Source: Octopus bimaculoides (lineage: Eukaryota). Taken from it: 50,798 bases of DNA. Position numbers and translations under genes: made by a program. The stretch lies in the NCBI RefSeq assembly GCF_001194135.2, contig NC_068982.1, positions 137,342,001 to 137,392,798 of the forward strand, read 5' to 3'. The notes beneath the pieces are model-generated. The model was not told where the DNA came from, made no database searches, and worked only from the letters and a program-made list of their open reading frames with translations. Of this stretch, positions 37,608 through 48,914 are shown in pieces (position 1 is the stretch's first letter; each line of letters opens with the position of its first letter).

Positions 37608-38635
37608 CCCTTTCGTTACTAACCAGGCCGTAGCCGGCCGAAAATTTGTTTGGTTCATAAGACTAACCCGGCCGTTGTTATTTAAATGTATATTTGAACC
37701 CAAATTTCGTTAGTACATTCGTTCAAACACCTGATTTCACTTTGCAAACAGTTGAGTTATTGTCTCTGACATTATTTGGCGTGATATTTGAACTCAGTGA
37801 ATTTTGGAAGATTTTTTTCCACATTTTTTGCGGCGTTAATAATTTTCAACTTTGAAGATGGAGAGGAGTTTCATGCTATCAAGCAGTGATTCCGAATTTG
37901 AAGGTTTTTCAACAGAAGATATGGAGATATCGAAGAAAAGAATGAATGAGCTACAAAAGTACGTAGTGAACGATAATGAATCAGATATTTCTGTATCTGA
38001 AACTGAAATCAGCGACGGCGACAGCGAGGATGATTTTACACCAGAAAAAGATTTTTAAAATATTTTTATTAACAATTTTGCTGGGGAAACAGGGTCTACC
38101 CATAGTCTTTCTCAGGAAGCGAAACCTTTAGACTTATTTTTCATGCTTGTTTGAAATGATTACCACGGAAACAAACCGTTACACAGATTGTAAACAAACC
38201 GGAAAAAAAAAAGATAGCTTGTAGTTTCCTGCAACTGTAGATGAAATACGGGCATTTTTTGCCATAAATATTATTATGGGTATTAGACAATTACCCAGAA
38301 TAACAAATTACTGGAGCGATCAGGAACCTTTTGGAGATGAATATATTTCCAGTATTATGAACGAGTACGATTCGTGAAGCTGAACCAATATTTACATGTG
38401 AGAGACACTAGCAGTACCCCCCACCCAGTACGTGGAGAACGTAGAGACAAAAATTATGCAATAGAATTGATTAAGAACCCTTTCTTTAATTATGCTCCAA
38501 ATATCACATTAATATGTTGATAAATAAAAAAGTTACAGGTTTTTAATGAGACTAGTCTAAATTCATGATTATTTTAGAATTTAATTGAAACTCATGAGGG
38601 GTGTATTTTGGCCAGAAATATAGTAACGAAAGGGT
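37608..38635 (+). mobile_element. Internally deleted piggyBac DNA transposon
   Basis: TTAA at 37604-37607 and 38636-38639, with 14-bp perfect TIRs CCCTTTCGTTACTA. Decayed transposase N-terminus: acidic SSSDSEFEGF stretch, then KPLDLFF, ETNRY, DEIRAFFAINIIMGI.QLP..TNYWS. Confidence 0.9.
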
Positions 38636-39570
38636 TAAAAGGAACAAAACAGAAACAAAATGAGGAGAAAAAAGAGAAAAAGTTAGAAAGAGGAAGAGAA
38701 AAAGAAGGGGATGAAAAAAAAAGAGTTCATTTCTGCCCTACATTTTGTCATCTAAGCACTGATTCAAAGATCTCAATTAAGTCAACCCATTTTTGTAAAT
38801 GGCAAGGTGGGGAAGGTACCAATGGTACATATCCCAAGCGCTTACATTTCATTCAGTCTAGATCTTCATACGAGTGAGTATTTGTGTGTGTATGCATGTT
38901 ATGAAAACTATTTTGTTCTTTGGTATTTTATTGTAATACGATTCTTATCATGATTCTCATCATTATTCAAATCACCTCAGCATATTTATACTGTTCACTG
39001 CTTTGCATTTAGCCATGTACTTTTGTATTGTACTTATGTATAACACTACTTCAGTAATTTAAAGCTATTTTCTTTTAACCTAAATCTCTTTCAGTATGGG
39101 AATATACACATGTGCATGTGTATACATACAGATATACATCTAAACATATATATTCTTCCCTATGCCTGCCATCTCTTATGTCCCTGCTGTAAGGCTTCAC
39201 TTCCACACGCACCAGCTTAATTTAATTCATCCTTAGTTGAAAGACACCTGCAGTTAATGTCCTTTATTTGCACTTGCATTTGTGTATCAATTCTCCATTA
39301 TTTTTTCTGTCCTTGTTTTCATAGACATTCGCTGCTTCCTTCCAAGGAATCTAGTGCTCTTAGCTTAGTTTTCCCTTGGGGCTGGCCAGATTGGCACAAT
39401 CTCAAGTATAATCAGCCGAAATTGCAAAGATAATTTGGAACTCGACTGAAGAAAGAAAACTCGTCCTTGTTTTTTTGTATCGTCTGTCTGGATGTTTTGT
39501 TGTCCCTTTTTTGTATCCTCTAACTGTCTGGATGTTTTGCATTCTTCTCCCATTTTTGGTATTCCTTTAT

Positions 39571-41370
39571 ATCATCATCATTGTTTAACGTCCGCTTTCC
39601 ATGCTAGCATGGGTTTGACAATTTGACTGAGGATTGGCAAACCAGATGGCTGCACCAGGCTCCAATATGATCTGCCAAAGTTTCTACAGTTGGATGCCCT
39701 TCCTAACACCAACCACTCCGAGAGTGTAGTGGGTGCTTTTACATGCCACTGGCATGAGGGTCAGTTAGGCAGTACTGGCAACGACCACACTCAAATGGTG
39801 TTTTTTACATGCCACCTGCACAGGAGCTAGTCCAGCAGCACTGGCAACGACCTTGCTCAAATGTTTATTCACATACCACTGGCATAAGTGCCAGTAAGGT
39901 GACGCTGGTAATGATCACGCTCAAATGATGCTTTTTACGTGCCACCGGCATGGAAGCCAGACGGCTGCTCTGGCAATGAACATGCTCGGATGGTGCTCTT
40001 AGCGCTCCACTGGTACGAATGCCAGTCATCGAATTTGATTCGATTTCGATTTCACTTGCCTCAACAGGTCTTCATAAGCAGAGTTTAGTGTCTAATGAAG
40101 GAAAGGTACGCATATGTGGGCTGGTTACACCCCTGGCAGAGGCCATAGGTTATGGTCTCACTTGGCTTGCCGGGTCTTCTCAAGCACAGCATATTTCCAA
40201 AGGTCTTGGTCACTAGTCACTGCCTCAGTGAGGCCTAATGTTCGAAGGTCGTGCTCCACCACCTCATCTCAGGACTTCCTAGGTCTACCTCTTCCACAGG
40301 TTCCCCCAACCGCTAGGGTGTGGCACTTTTTCACACAGCTATCGTCATCCATTCTCGCCACATGACCATACCAGCGCAATTGTCTCTCTTGCACACCACA
40401 ACTGATGCTTCTTAGATCCAACTTTTCTCTCAAGGTACTTACACTCTGTCAAGTATGCACACTAACATTACACATCCATTGGCGCATACTAGCTTCATTC
40501 CTTGCGAGCTTACGCATGTCCTCAGCAGTCAAGGCCCATGTTTCACTGCCATGTAGCATGGCTGTTCGTACACATGCGTCATACAGTCTGCCTTTTACTC
40601 TGAGCGAGAGGCCTTTTGTCACCAGCAGAGGTAAGAGCTCTCTGAACTTTGCCCAGACTATTNNNNNNNNNNACTCTGAGCGAGAGGCCTTTTGTCACCA
40701 GCAGAGGTAAGAGCTCTCTGAACTTTGCCCAGACTATTCTTATTCTAGCAGCTACACTTTCAGTGCACCCTCCTCCACTACTGACTTGGTCACCTAGGTA
40801 ACAGAAGCTATCAACTACTTCTAGTTTTTCTCCCCGGAATGTGACAGAAGTTCTTCTCTGCACATTTTCAGTGTTTATTGCTCCTGAACATCTGCCACAT
40901 ACAAAAACTATCTTCCCAGTTAGCCTTCCTTTGATATTGCTGCACTTCTTATGTGTCCATAGCTTACACTGGGTACATCTTATAGAGTTTCTACCTACGC
41001 CTTTTCTACAGATTGAGCAGGGCCATCTACCTGAAGGGGTTTGTGTTTTGTCTACCTTCCTACTTATTAGGACTTTCGTTTTAGCTAGGTTGATTCTAAG
41101 GCCCTTCGATTCTAATCCTTGCTTGCACACCTGAAACTCCTCCTCTAGTTCTCATAGTGACTCAGCAATCTGAGCAAGGTCATCAGCATAGAGGAGCTAG
41201 CTCCCAGGGGCATCTTGTCTTGAATTTCTGTGTTATTGCCTGGAGGACTATGATAAATAGGAGGGAGCTAAGGACTGAACTTTGGTGGACCCCTACCGCT
41301 ACCTGGAATTCTTCACTGTTCTCATTGCCAACCCTCACCTTACTGACAGCATCCCTGTACATGGCTTTTC
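39571..41370 (-). mobile_element. 5'-truncated RTE-clade LINE (RT C-terminal half, PHD-like finger, modular 3'UTR, (GAT)n tail)
   Basis: Minus-strand GVHQSSVLS..LLFIIVLQ, YADD at 41179-41190, RINLAKTK, FCYLGD, LRWYGHV..M, GRGRPRK, stop at 40158-40160. The 3'UTR ends gcggacgttaaacaatgatgatgat. An N-gap lies inside. Confidence 0.92.
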
Positions 41371-42049
41371 AACTAATCACATCCAACCCATTTGAGCATA
41401 CTAAAAGGTTGGTGGGGGAAGTGTGACTCTCTCTTTGCATCTTTGACATTTGATCTCTGCCTCTTGAAGTCTGCTCCCTCAACAATGACATGCTGCATTT
41501 TGAGTTGTCTTTGGCAAGTGTCACCCAGATATTTGGGTCAATGGAGTAGTGGTGGGGGAGTAGCCTTGAGTTGGTCTTGGAAACAGAATTTGGAGGCTCC
41601 ATGTGGGGTTGGTGCCTGAGGCCAATCCACAAAGAGGAGTTGATGGGGAAGATATATTTGAAGCATACATACGATGTGTACTGAGACTAGTGGAGGTTGT
41701 GTTGTGCCATGGTTGCTTGAATGCTGGCAGTCCAACCCAGAGCAGAACCTCTTCATTGGTAATGAAGTCCTTCCATCATATCTTCGTGTCTGGTTTTATT
41801 GGTGTATAATGTGTTCTTTTATGTTAAAAGCTTAATCTATCCTTTCAATAGAAGTCAGTGAAATAATTCACCAAATTAAAATAAAACTGAATGCCCTTGA
41901 AAGCATTGCTCCAGAAGAGCCACAATCCAATGACTAAGATTAGTAAAAGATATAAAAGAGTAATTTAGATAAACAACTGCTTAATTATATAATTAATCTA
42001 ACAAACAACAAATCATGAATTAATGAATGTATCACTTCTTGTAATTATC

Positions 42050-43750
42050 TTGAATAGAAATGTGGTGGGTGAGAATTGTGTGCGAACAGATAATGGTATG
42101 CTTGCACTTAGTGACTCAGAGAAGAAAGTTGCATGGAAGTATCACTATAAAAGGTTACTAAATGTAGAAAATGAATGGGAGGAGAGTCTACCAAATATCA
42201 AACAAATTGAGGGACCAGCCATCACAGTTGAAAACAATATAAGAGATAAGGCAATCAAGGATATGAAGACATGGAATGCCCCTGGACCACCAGGAATCAC
42301 TGCCAAGATGATTAAAATATCTGGTGATGTAGGATACAGCCTAGACACCCGTATAGCTAATCAGGTTACTCAGGACGGTGCCATCCCCAATGACTGGTGT
42401 AGTAGTATTGTAATTAGTTGCTTAAAGGGTAAAGGTGATGCCTTAGATAGAAACAACTACAGAAGTATCAAACTACTGAACCAGGTCATGAAAATTGCAG
42501 TCATAGCTCAATTAATTAGGAATAGAATTAAACAAGATGCAGTTTGGTTTTGTACCAGGGAAGAGTACCACAGATGGCATTTTCCTAATGAGACAGTTGT
42601 AGGAAAAGTATTTGGCCAAAAGTAAGCCAATGCACTTAGCTTTTGTCAACCTAGAGAAAGCTATCGACAGAGTTCCTCGCTCTATTATCTGGTGGCCTCT
42701 AAGGAAATTAGAAGTAGAGTGGCTTGTTAGAGCTCTACAAGCCATGTACATTGGTGCTGTCAGTAAGGTGACAGTTGGCCACAAATACAGTGATGAATTT
42801 AATGTACAAGTAGGGGTTCACCAAGGTTCAGTTCTCAGACCACTTTTCTTCATGATAGTCCTCCAGGCCATAACAGAGCAATTCAAAACTGAGTACTCAT
42901 GGGAACTACTATATACGATGACGTTGCCCTTATTGTAGAATTTGTAGCCAAATTTGAGAAGGAATCCTTGCTCCCCTATCCTGTCCTCATGGCCCTGCTA
43001 ACTGTATCATTGCTATCACATCGTCCCCACCCCATCCACTTCACTACTTTTGGCCATTCTGCTTCTTTGGCAATACCCCACCACTTATATTATGACCTTT
43101 ATACTTGCCACCCTCTTTCCCTCTCTTCCTTCACCCTACCATCCCATTTATATTCTGATCCCCATTCCTTGTGAGTATCCCCTGGCACCTCCCACTCCCT
43201 CTCCCTTGCTCTTCCCTTGGGCTGGAGAGCCATGTATCCCCTTTACAGTAGCACACCCGTTTCTTCCCTTATTCCTGACCATTCTCTCTTTCTCTCTAGC
43301 TGGGTAACCATGTACCTCCTCTACAGCAAGACACCCGTTTCTGCTTTTCTGTCACACTTGAACCTTTCATTTTTCATCATCTCACACAAGATCACCTCCT
43401 CCAATGCCCTCCTCTCTCCTCAAAGGATCTTTATCTTGCATGTTACTTGGTGACCCTGCCAGGTTCTGGTGCTACACAAAAAGCATCCAGTCCACACTGT
43501 AAAGTGACCAGCATTTGGAAGAGCATCCAGCTGCAAAAACCATGCCAAAACTGACCTCATCTGTGCTGGTGCCACATAAAAATCACTCTGTGCACCCTGC
43601 TGGACGGTTGGTGTTAGGAAGGGCATCCAGTTGTAACAACCATGCCAAAACAGACACAGAAGTCTGGTGTAGGCTCCTGCCTAGCTAGCTTCTGTCAAAC
43701 CATCCAACTCATGCCATCTTGGAAGGCAGATGATGACAATGATGATGACA
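42050..43750 (+). mobile_element. Decayed RTE-clade LINE (second subfamily), RT region with frameshifts, pyrimidine-rich 3'UTR and tail
   Basis: KAIKDMKTWNAPGPPGI, KGKGDALDRNNYRSIKLL, LAFVNLEKAIDRVPR, VGVHQGSVLRPLFF, YDDD (degraded YADD). Stops and frameshifts are present. The tail motif ggaagggcatccag...gatgatgac is at 43610-43750. Confidence 0.88.
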
Positions 43751-44392
43751 ATAGTGTTTACGTAAAAAAAAAAAAACCACTTAGGTCAAGGCTGATATAA
43801 ATGTTGACTAGTTTTTACTAAATTAACCTGTATTATATATTAGATAATGAATTGCATATCACAATTTTCTCAATTATCTGATATACTACTACAACTACTA
43901 CTTGAAAATCATTTTACAACTATTGCACAATGTTTAAACATGGAGACACAAATATGCACACACACACACGTATATTATATTGTGTCTGGAGAAAGCCATT
44001 TTGTTTTAATGCCTTATTAATTAACACACTCTCTGGTTCGATTTCCACTCGTTTACTTATTTAATCATGGAAAGCAGACGTTAAATGATGATGATGATGA
44101 TGATGATGATGGAAGTGACAAATCTCATCTAAGTATGTGGATAGTTGTGTGCACACACTACTGACAGGGCTCAACAAGACCAAAAAGCATTTAACATTCT
44201 CACTAGCTGCTGCTCTCTTTTCCAACCATTCTATATACTCTTCTGGTCTCTCCCTATTCTCATTTTATTTATCTAGCAAGCTATCAGACCCCTTCTCTCC
44301 TCCAGTCTTCCTTGTTATTGCTCCGTCTTTCAACCTATTTTTGTTAATCACACACACAGACAGACAAACACACAGAAAAAAATGAACAAATG

Positions 44393-44948
44393 TGCAGGCA
44401 TGGCTGTGTGGTAAGAAGCTTGCTTCTCAACCACATCGTTCCAGGTTCAGTCCCACTGCATGGCACCTTGGGCAAGTGTCTTCTACAATAGCCTAACACA
44501 ACAATACCTTGTGAGTGGATTTAGTAGACAGAAACTGAAAGAAGCCCATCGTGTGTGTGCGTGTATGTATGTATATATATATATATATATTTATATAGGC
44601 ACAGGTGTGACTGTGGTAAGAAGCTTGCTTCTCAACCACATCGTTCCAGGTTCAGTCCCACTGCATGGCACCTTGGGCAAGTGTCTTCTACAATAGCCTA
44701 ACACAACAATGCCTTGTGAGTGGATTTGGTAGACAGAAACTGAAAGAAGCCCATCGTGTGTGCGTGTGTGTATATTTCCCCCACCACTGCTTGACAGCCA
44801 ATGTTGGTTTGTTTACATCCCTGTAACTGAGTGGTTTGGCAAAACAGACCAATAGAATAAGTACCAGGCTCAACAGAAAAAAAGTACCAGGGTTGACTCA
44901 TTCAACTAAAGGTTCTTCAAGGCGGTGCCCCAGCATGGCCGCAGTCTA
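44393..44948 (+). mobile_element. SINE family A with tandemly duplicated head
   Basis: Two heads offset by 205 bp, followed by one 3' half. Confidence 0.8.
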
Positions 44949-44976
44949 AAAAACAAATGCACCAATTAACACTTAC

Positions 44977-45075
44977 CTGTGTGCTTCTCAAATGTCAGTT
45001 TTGATGAGTCTGAGACTGGTTCGAACATTTCCACATCTTCAGTTTCACCCTCAGCCCCTGCATCTTCTGCGATAT
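44977..45075 (-). CDS. AAMP: AAMP-like exon 2
   Basis: poly-T caag|AT...G|gtaagt. (D)IAEDAGAEGETEDVEMFEPVSDSSKLTFEKHT; the DSxxTFxxH motif precedes the first WD repeat. Phase 1-1. Confidence 0.88.
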
Positions 45076-45153
45076 CTTGAAAAAAAAAAAGACGAGGAAT
45101 TGGTAAACAAACAAACAAACAAACAGCAGTGTAAATCAAATACCACCAAAAAC

Positions 45154-45547
45154 GCAGGTGTAGCTAGGTGGTAAGAAGTTTGTTTTTCAACCATATGGTT
45201 CCAAGTTCAGTCCCACTGCTTGACACTTTGGGCAAGTGTCTTCTACTATAGCCTCGGGCCAACCAAAGCCTTGTGAACAGATATGGTAAGATGGAAATTG
45301 AAAGAAGCCTGCCATGTGTGTGTCTGTCTGTCTTTGTGTCCATGTTTGTTTCTTTCCACTCCTTGACAGCCAGTGTTGGTGTGTTTACATCCGCATAACT
45401 TAGTGGTTTGGCAAAACGGACTGATAGAACATGTATCAGACTTTAAAAAAAAAATTTTTTAAACTGGGGTCAATTCATTTGACTAAAAATTCTTCAAGGT
45501 GGTGGTGCCCCAGCACGGCCGGGATCTAATGACTGAAACAAGATAAA
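45154..45547 (+). mobile_element. SINE family A
   Basis: Colinear with 25040-25444. Further partial copies lie near 2090, 12440, 16580, 22900, 28430, 32075 and 35640. Confidence 0.8.
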
Positions 45548-46141
45548 GGGCCACCACTACTTGTATGACCCCTGCTTGGATACAGTCCCAATCTATCAAC
45601 AATAAACACAAAAGCAAAACATTTCCCACCATCATAGGATGCACAACTATGATTACTGCTACTACCACCACTACTACTACTACAACTACTACTACTACTG
45701 ATGTCATTGCTACAGCCACAATTCCATCACCACCACAGTAATCACCCGTCTATTATTGCTTCTGTGAATGTGGAGTAAATGTCAGGGATCAAGTCAAAAT
45801 TGCTGAATCTTCATAAATGTTTTTCGAATGACGCGCACTCGCGCTAGGTAGTCGTAGGATCGACTAGTCACGACTAGCTAGCGCGGATGCGCGAGTGTGC
45901 ACACCGGGACCACCCTAAACACTGGGTGCCTTTATTCTTTACTTTCGCCATTCATTTTCTTTTACACTGGCACAATGTCCAAAGTTAATAAGGTAACGGT
46001 TAGTTGTTAACATATTTCTTTAAAAAGCACAAATAACTTGAAACAAACTTTGAATGGCAACACGTGTCCTGAAACACGTTAAACTTATAAAATAAACATA
46101 AGACAAAATCGACTGAACTGATAACAAAAATAATGGTGTAC

Positions 46142-46259
46142 CATTGAAGTCTTCTTCATTATCGTCGACATCGATGACTCGATCGATGTCTTCTTCGTTT
46201 ATATTTACAATTTCGTCTTCAATTTGTTCTAATCCTTCGTTCACATGGTTATTCTCCAT
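46142..46259 (-). CDS. AAMP: AAMP-like WD40 protein, exon 1 (acidic N-terminus)
   Basis: MENNHVNEGLEQIEDEIVNINEEDIDRVIDVDDNEEDFN, then G|gtacac donor (phase 1). An acidic N-terminus is typical of AAMP/Sqt1. An upstream in-frame ATG at 46313 is an alternative start. Confidence 0.78.
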
Positions 46260-46971
46260 ATCTGTTTGGTACGGTGTGGACTCAAATATAGTTCCGATAT
46301 TAAAAAAAGACAAAACAATCTATTGTATTAGTCTAATAAAATTTAAAGACGTTTTCAAATCTTTTTTTTTTTTTTTTTTCATATTTTATTCAATTTTTAT
46401 GCTTATAATCGATCTGTATCAACAAAAAAAATGTTAATGTTTATTCAGTTGTTATTAATTTTGTTTTTATTGTTATTGGTGGTGGTGGAGCAGGCGACGG
46501 TCTTCGTCATCTCCGATCAAGTAGACCCATGATCCAGAAATTCCTGATATAACGATCTTGAATTTTTCTTTTCTTTTTCAAATACAGTGTATCTAGATTT
46601 TGCGATCATAATATGGTATTGTGTAATTTTAGAGAGATTTAGCTGCTATTTCTAGCAGAGCCAGAGACCACGTAGAAGCCTCATCGTTGATTAGAGGACG
46701 TTGTGGTCTGTGAACTCTTTACGTAACTCTCCACAACCGGTGCCCGCCACGCTGTCTTATTTATTTTTCATTGATTGGAGGTATCTTCTATTACTTTCGC
46801 AAGTACCACCCATGAATTTAATCAACGTCAAGCGAATCATCCTGATTACGAAAATCAGTTAGTCAACAGTTCTCTTCATCTTATCAAAGTTAAGCGTTAC
46901 AAAGTTGAAGGCGGATTGGGAAAGTGCAGAGACTATAAACACAAGCAATTAAAAGGCGACCAGAACTTAAG
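46260..46971. promoter_or_regulatory. Putative bidirectional promoter AAMP/FOXRED1
   Basis: Divergent start codons about 710 bp apart in a repeat-free, relatively CpG-rich interval. Inverted CCAAT (ATTGG) at 46774 and 46915. TSS positions are not determinable from sequence alone. Confidence 0.6.
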
Positions 46972-47262
46972 ATGTTCGCTCGAAAATTACTTGTAAGGTG
47001 TTATTGCAGCACTAAAAACGGCAACAAGCCTCCAGTACCACATTTTACTGCTGCCGGAAGTCATAGATCGCCGTGGAAGATCTTGAAGGACGAATTTAAA
47101 TCGATTAAAGATGGTAATTTGGAAATGCCAGAGCAGAAAGTACCCCGAGAATCTGATATTGTTATCATTGGGGGTGGGCTTATGGGATCGTCTGTGGCTT
47201 ATTGGCTCAAACAAAGAAATCCGAAAGCCTATGAAATTACTGTTGTTGAAAGAGATCCATCG
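46972..47262 (+). CDS. FOXRED1: FAD-dependent oxidoreductase domain-containing protein 1 (complex I assembly factor), exon 1
   Basis: MFARKLLVRCYCSTK... resembles a mitochondrial presequence. SDIVIIGGGLMGSSVAYWLKQ...ITVVERDPS is a GxGxxG FAD motif matching FOXRED1 DVVIVGGGVLGLSVAYWLK...VVERD. Donor TCG|gtaaga. No further exon was found in the window. Confidence 0.88.
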
Positions 47263-48864
47263 GTAAGAATTGTTTTGTTTTCTTTCTTTTTTTTTTCTGA
47301 TATGTTGGGTAAATTGGGATTATGTAACTAGTTTTTTTTAAAGAATCGACAGCTAAGGTGTCGGTTATAGAGGGGTATTTACTAGGTGGCCCATCACCAT
47401 TTAAACCATTTAAAAAATTAAAACACTGAATTACAGAAAGCAGAACATTATACTATAAGTAATGTATGTATGTATGTAACAGAGTTATCTAATGCACCTG
47501 TCAACGAAAACAGCCTCCCGTCTCCAGCGAATTTTGTGATGCTTGATACTGTAGTATTTTATGTATATATTACCAGGGGAACCGACTTGGATATCTATGT
47601 AAGGGTCCGGTAAAAGTGAAGTGGAAATTTTACGACCAAATCGAAATTGTTCATTATTATTTATTGTATATAGGAGAGAAAGATATGGCATAGGAAACTG
47701 ACTTTCCATCCCCACGAGCAAGTGAGATGGCGATCTTTCGGTACTGTGAGATCTAACTAATAACCGAATCCAGACTACTAACTCAGCCCGACTGGAGCTT
47801 GCCTCATTCAGTTGCACTCTAAGGACAAATGTGCTCAATTACTGATGCGTTTGTACAAGACAGTGCTCAATGTAGCGATTATAGAGAACAACGTACTGGG
47901 TCGACTCCGAAAGAATGAAAGGCAAAGTTGACCTCGGCGGAATTTGAACTCAGAACGTGAAGACGGGCGAAATACCCCCAAGCATTTATCCCGGCGTGTT
48001 AACGATTCTAATGATAATAATAATGATGATGATCTAATAATGAGAATCTTCAAGAAATGAAGGAAATATTGTTCATGTATAGCAAGAATTTTTGGTCAGT
48101 GCTCGACCACTGCCTGGCTCATGTATTTAGTTGGGGGCAAAACTAAATGCTTTAGATCATTGAAAAACATCAGCAAAAACGAAACCGACTGAATTATTTG
48201 ATAGAAAGTCCTCTGTAAAAGTAAAAACCATACTTTATACGTCGTATTAAATCACAAATTTATAATGAAAACATACTCTGTTAACCTTGTTCTTATCCCA
48301 CTTCCATGTTAAAAACACGTATTCAGGACTCTTAGTTTCATTTTTTCTTTGATTGTCCGTAAAACACTTACACGCATTCTTGTTAATAATTGAAATTATT
48401 ACAGAAAACGAATTATTAATATTTCGAATCCTTCATTTACACATTCATTTCAATTATTTTATATTCATAAAACCATCAAATCAGTAAAAGTTACTGAAAT
48501 ATTTCCAACGAAATGGTTTTATAAATGAAAGTATAGAAACAAATGTACATGTGAAGGTTAAGTGTGAAATATCTAAACAGGAGTTTAACGTAGCATAGAT
48601 ATTTAATCTTAATAACATTGGTCATGGGTTATGCATTTTAAGCTCATCAAAATATTTTCGTGTCTGCACATAACACATATGCATGTATATATGTCTGTGT
48701 ACGTGCGCGCATATATATATATATATATATACAGAAGTGTGACGAAAGAACTCTGGCCGAAATAAGATTAAGATTAATGTAATATAAAGCTGAAGCAAAT
48801 TAACACCAAATATACAGTGCGTGTGTTTTTATTGGCTAAACTGGCAATATGACCATCCCCAAGT

Positions 48865-48903
<39 letters not shown>

Positions 48904-48914
48904 TGCACACGTAC

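Noticed and set aside
40595-40740. Direct repeat of about 65 bp flanking an N-run inside the RTE ORF
   Set aside because: Same gap-flank artefact; the ORF reads through if the copies are merged.
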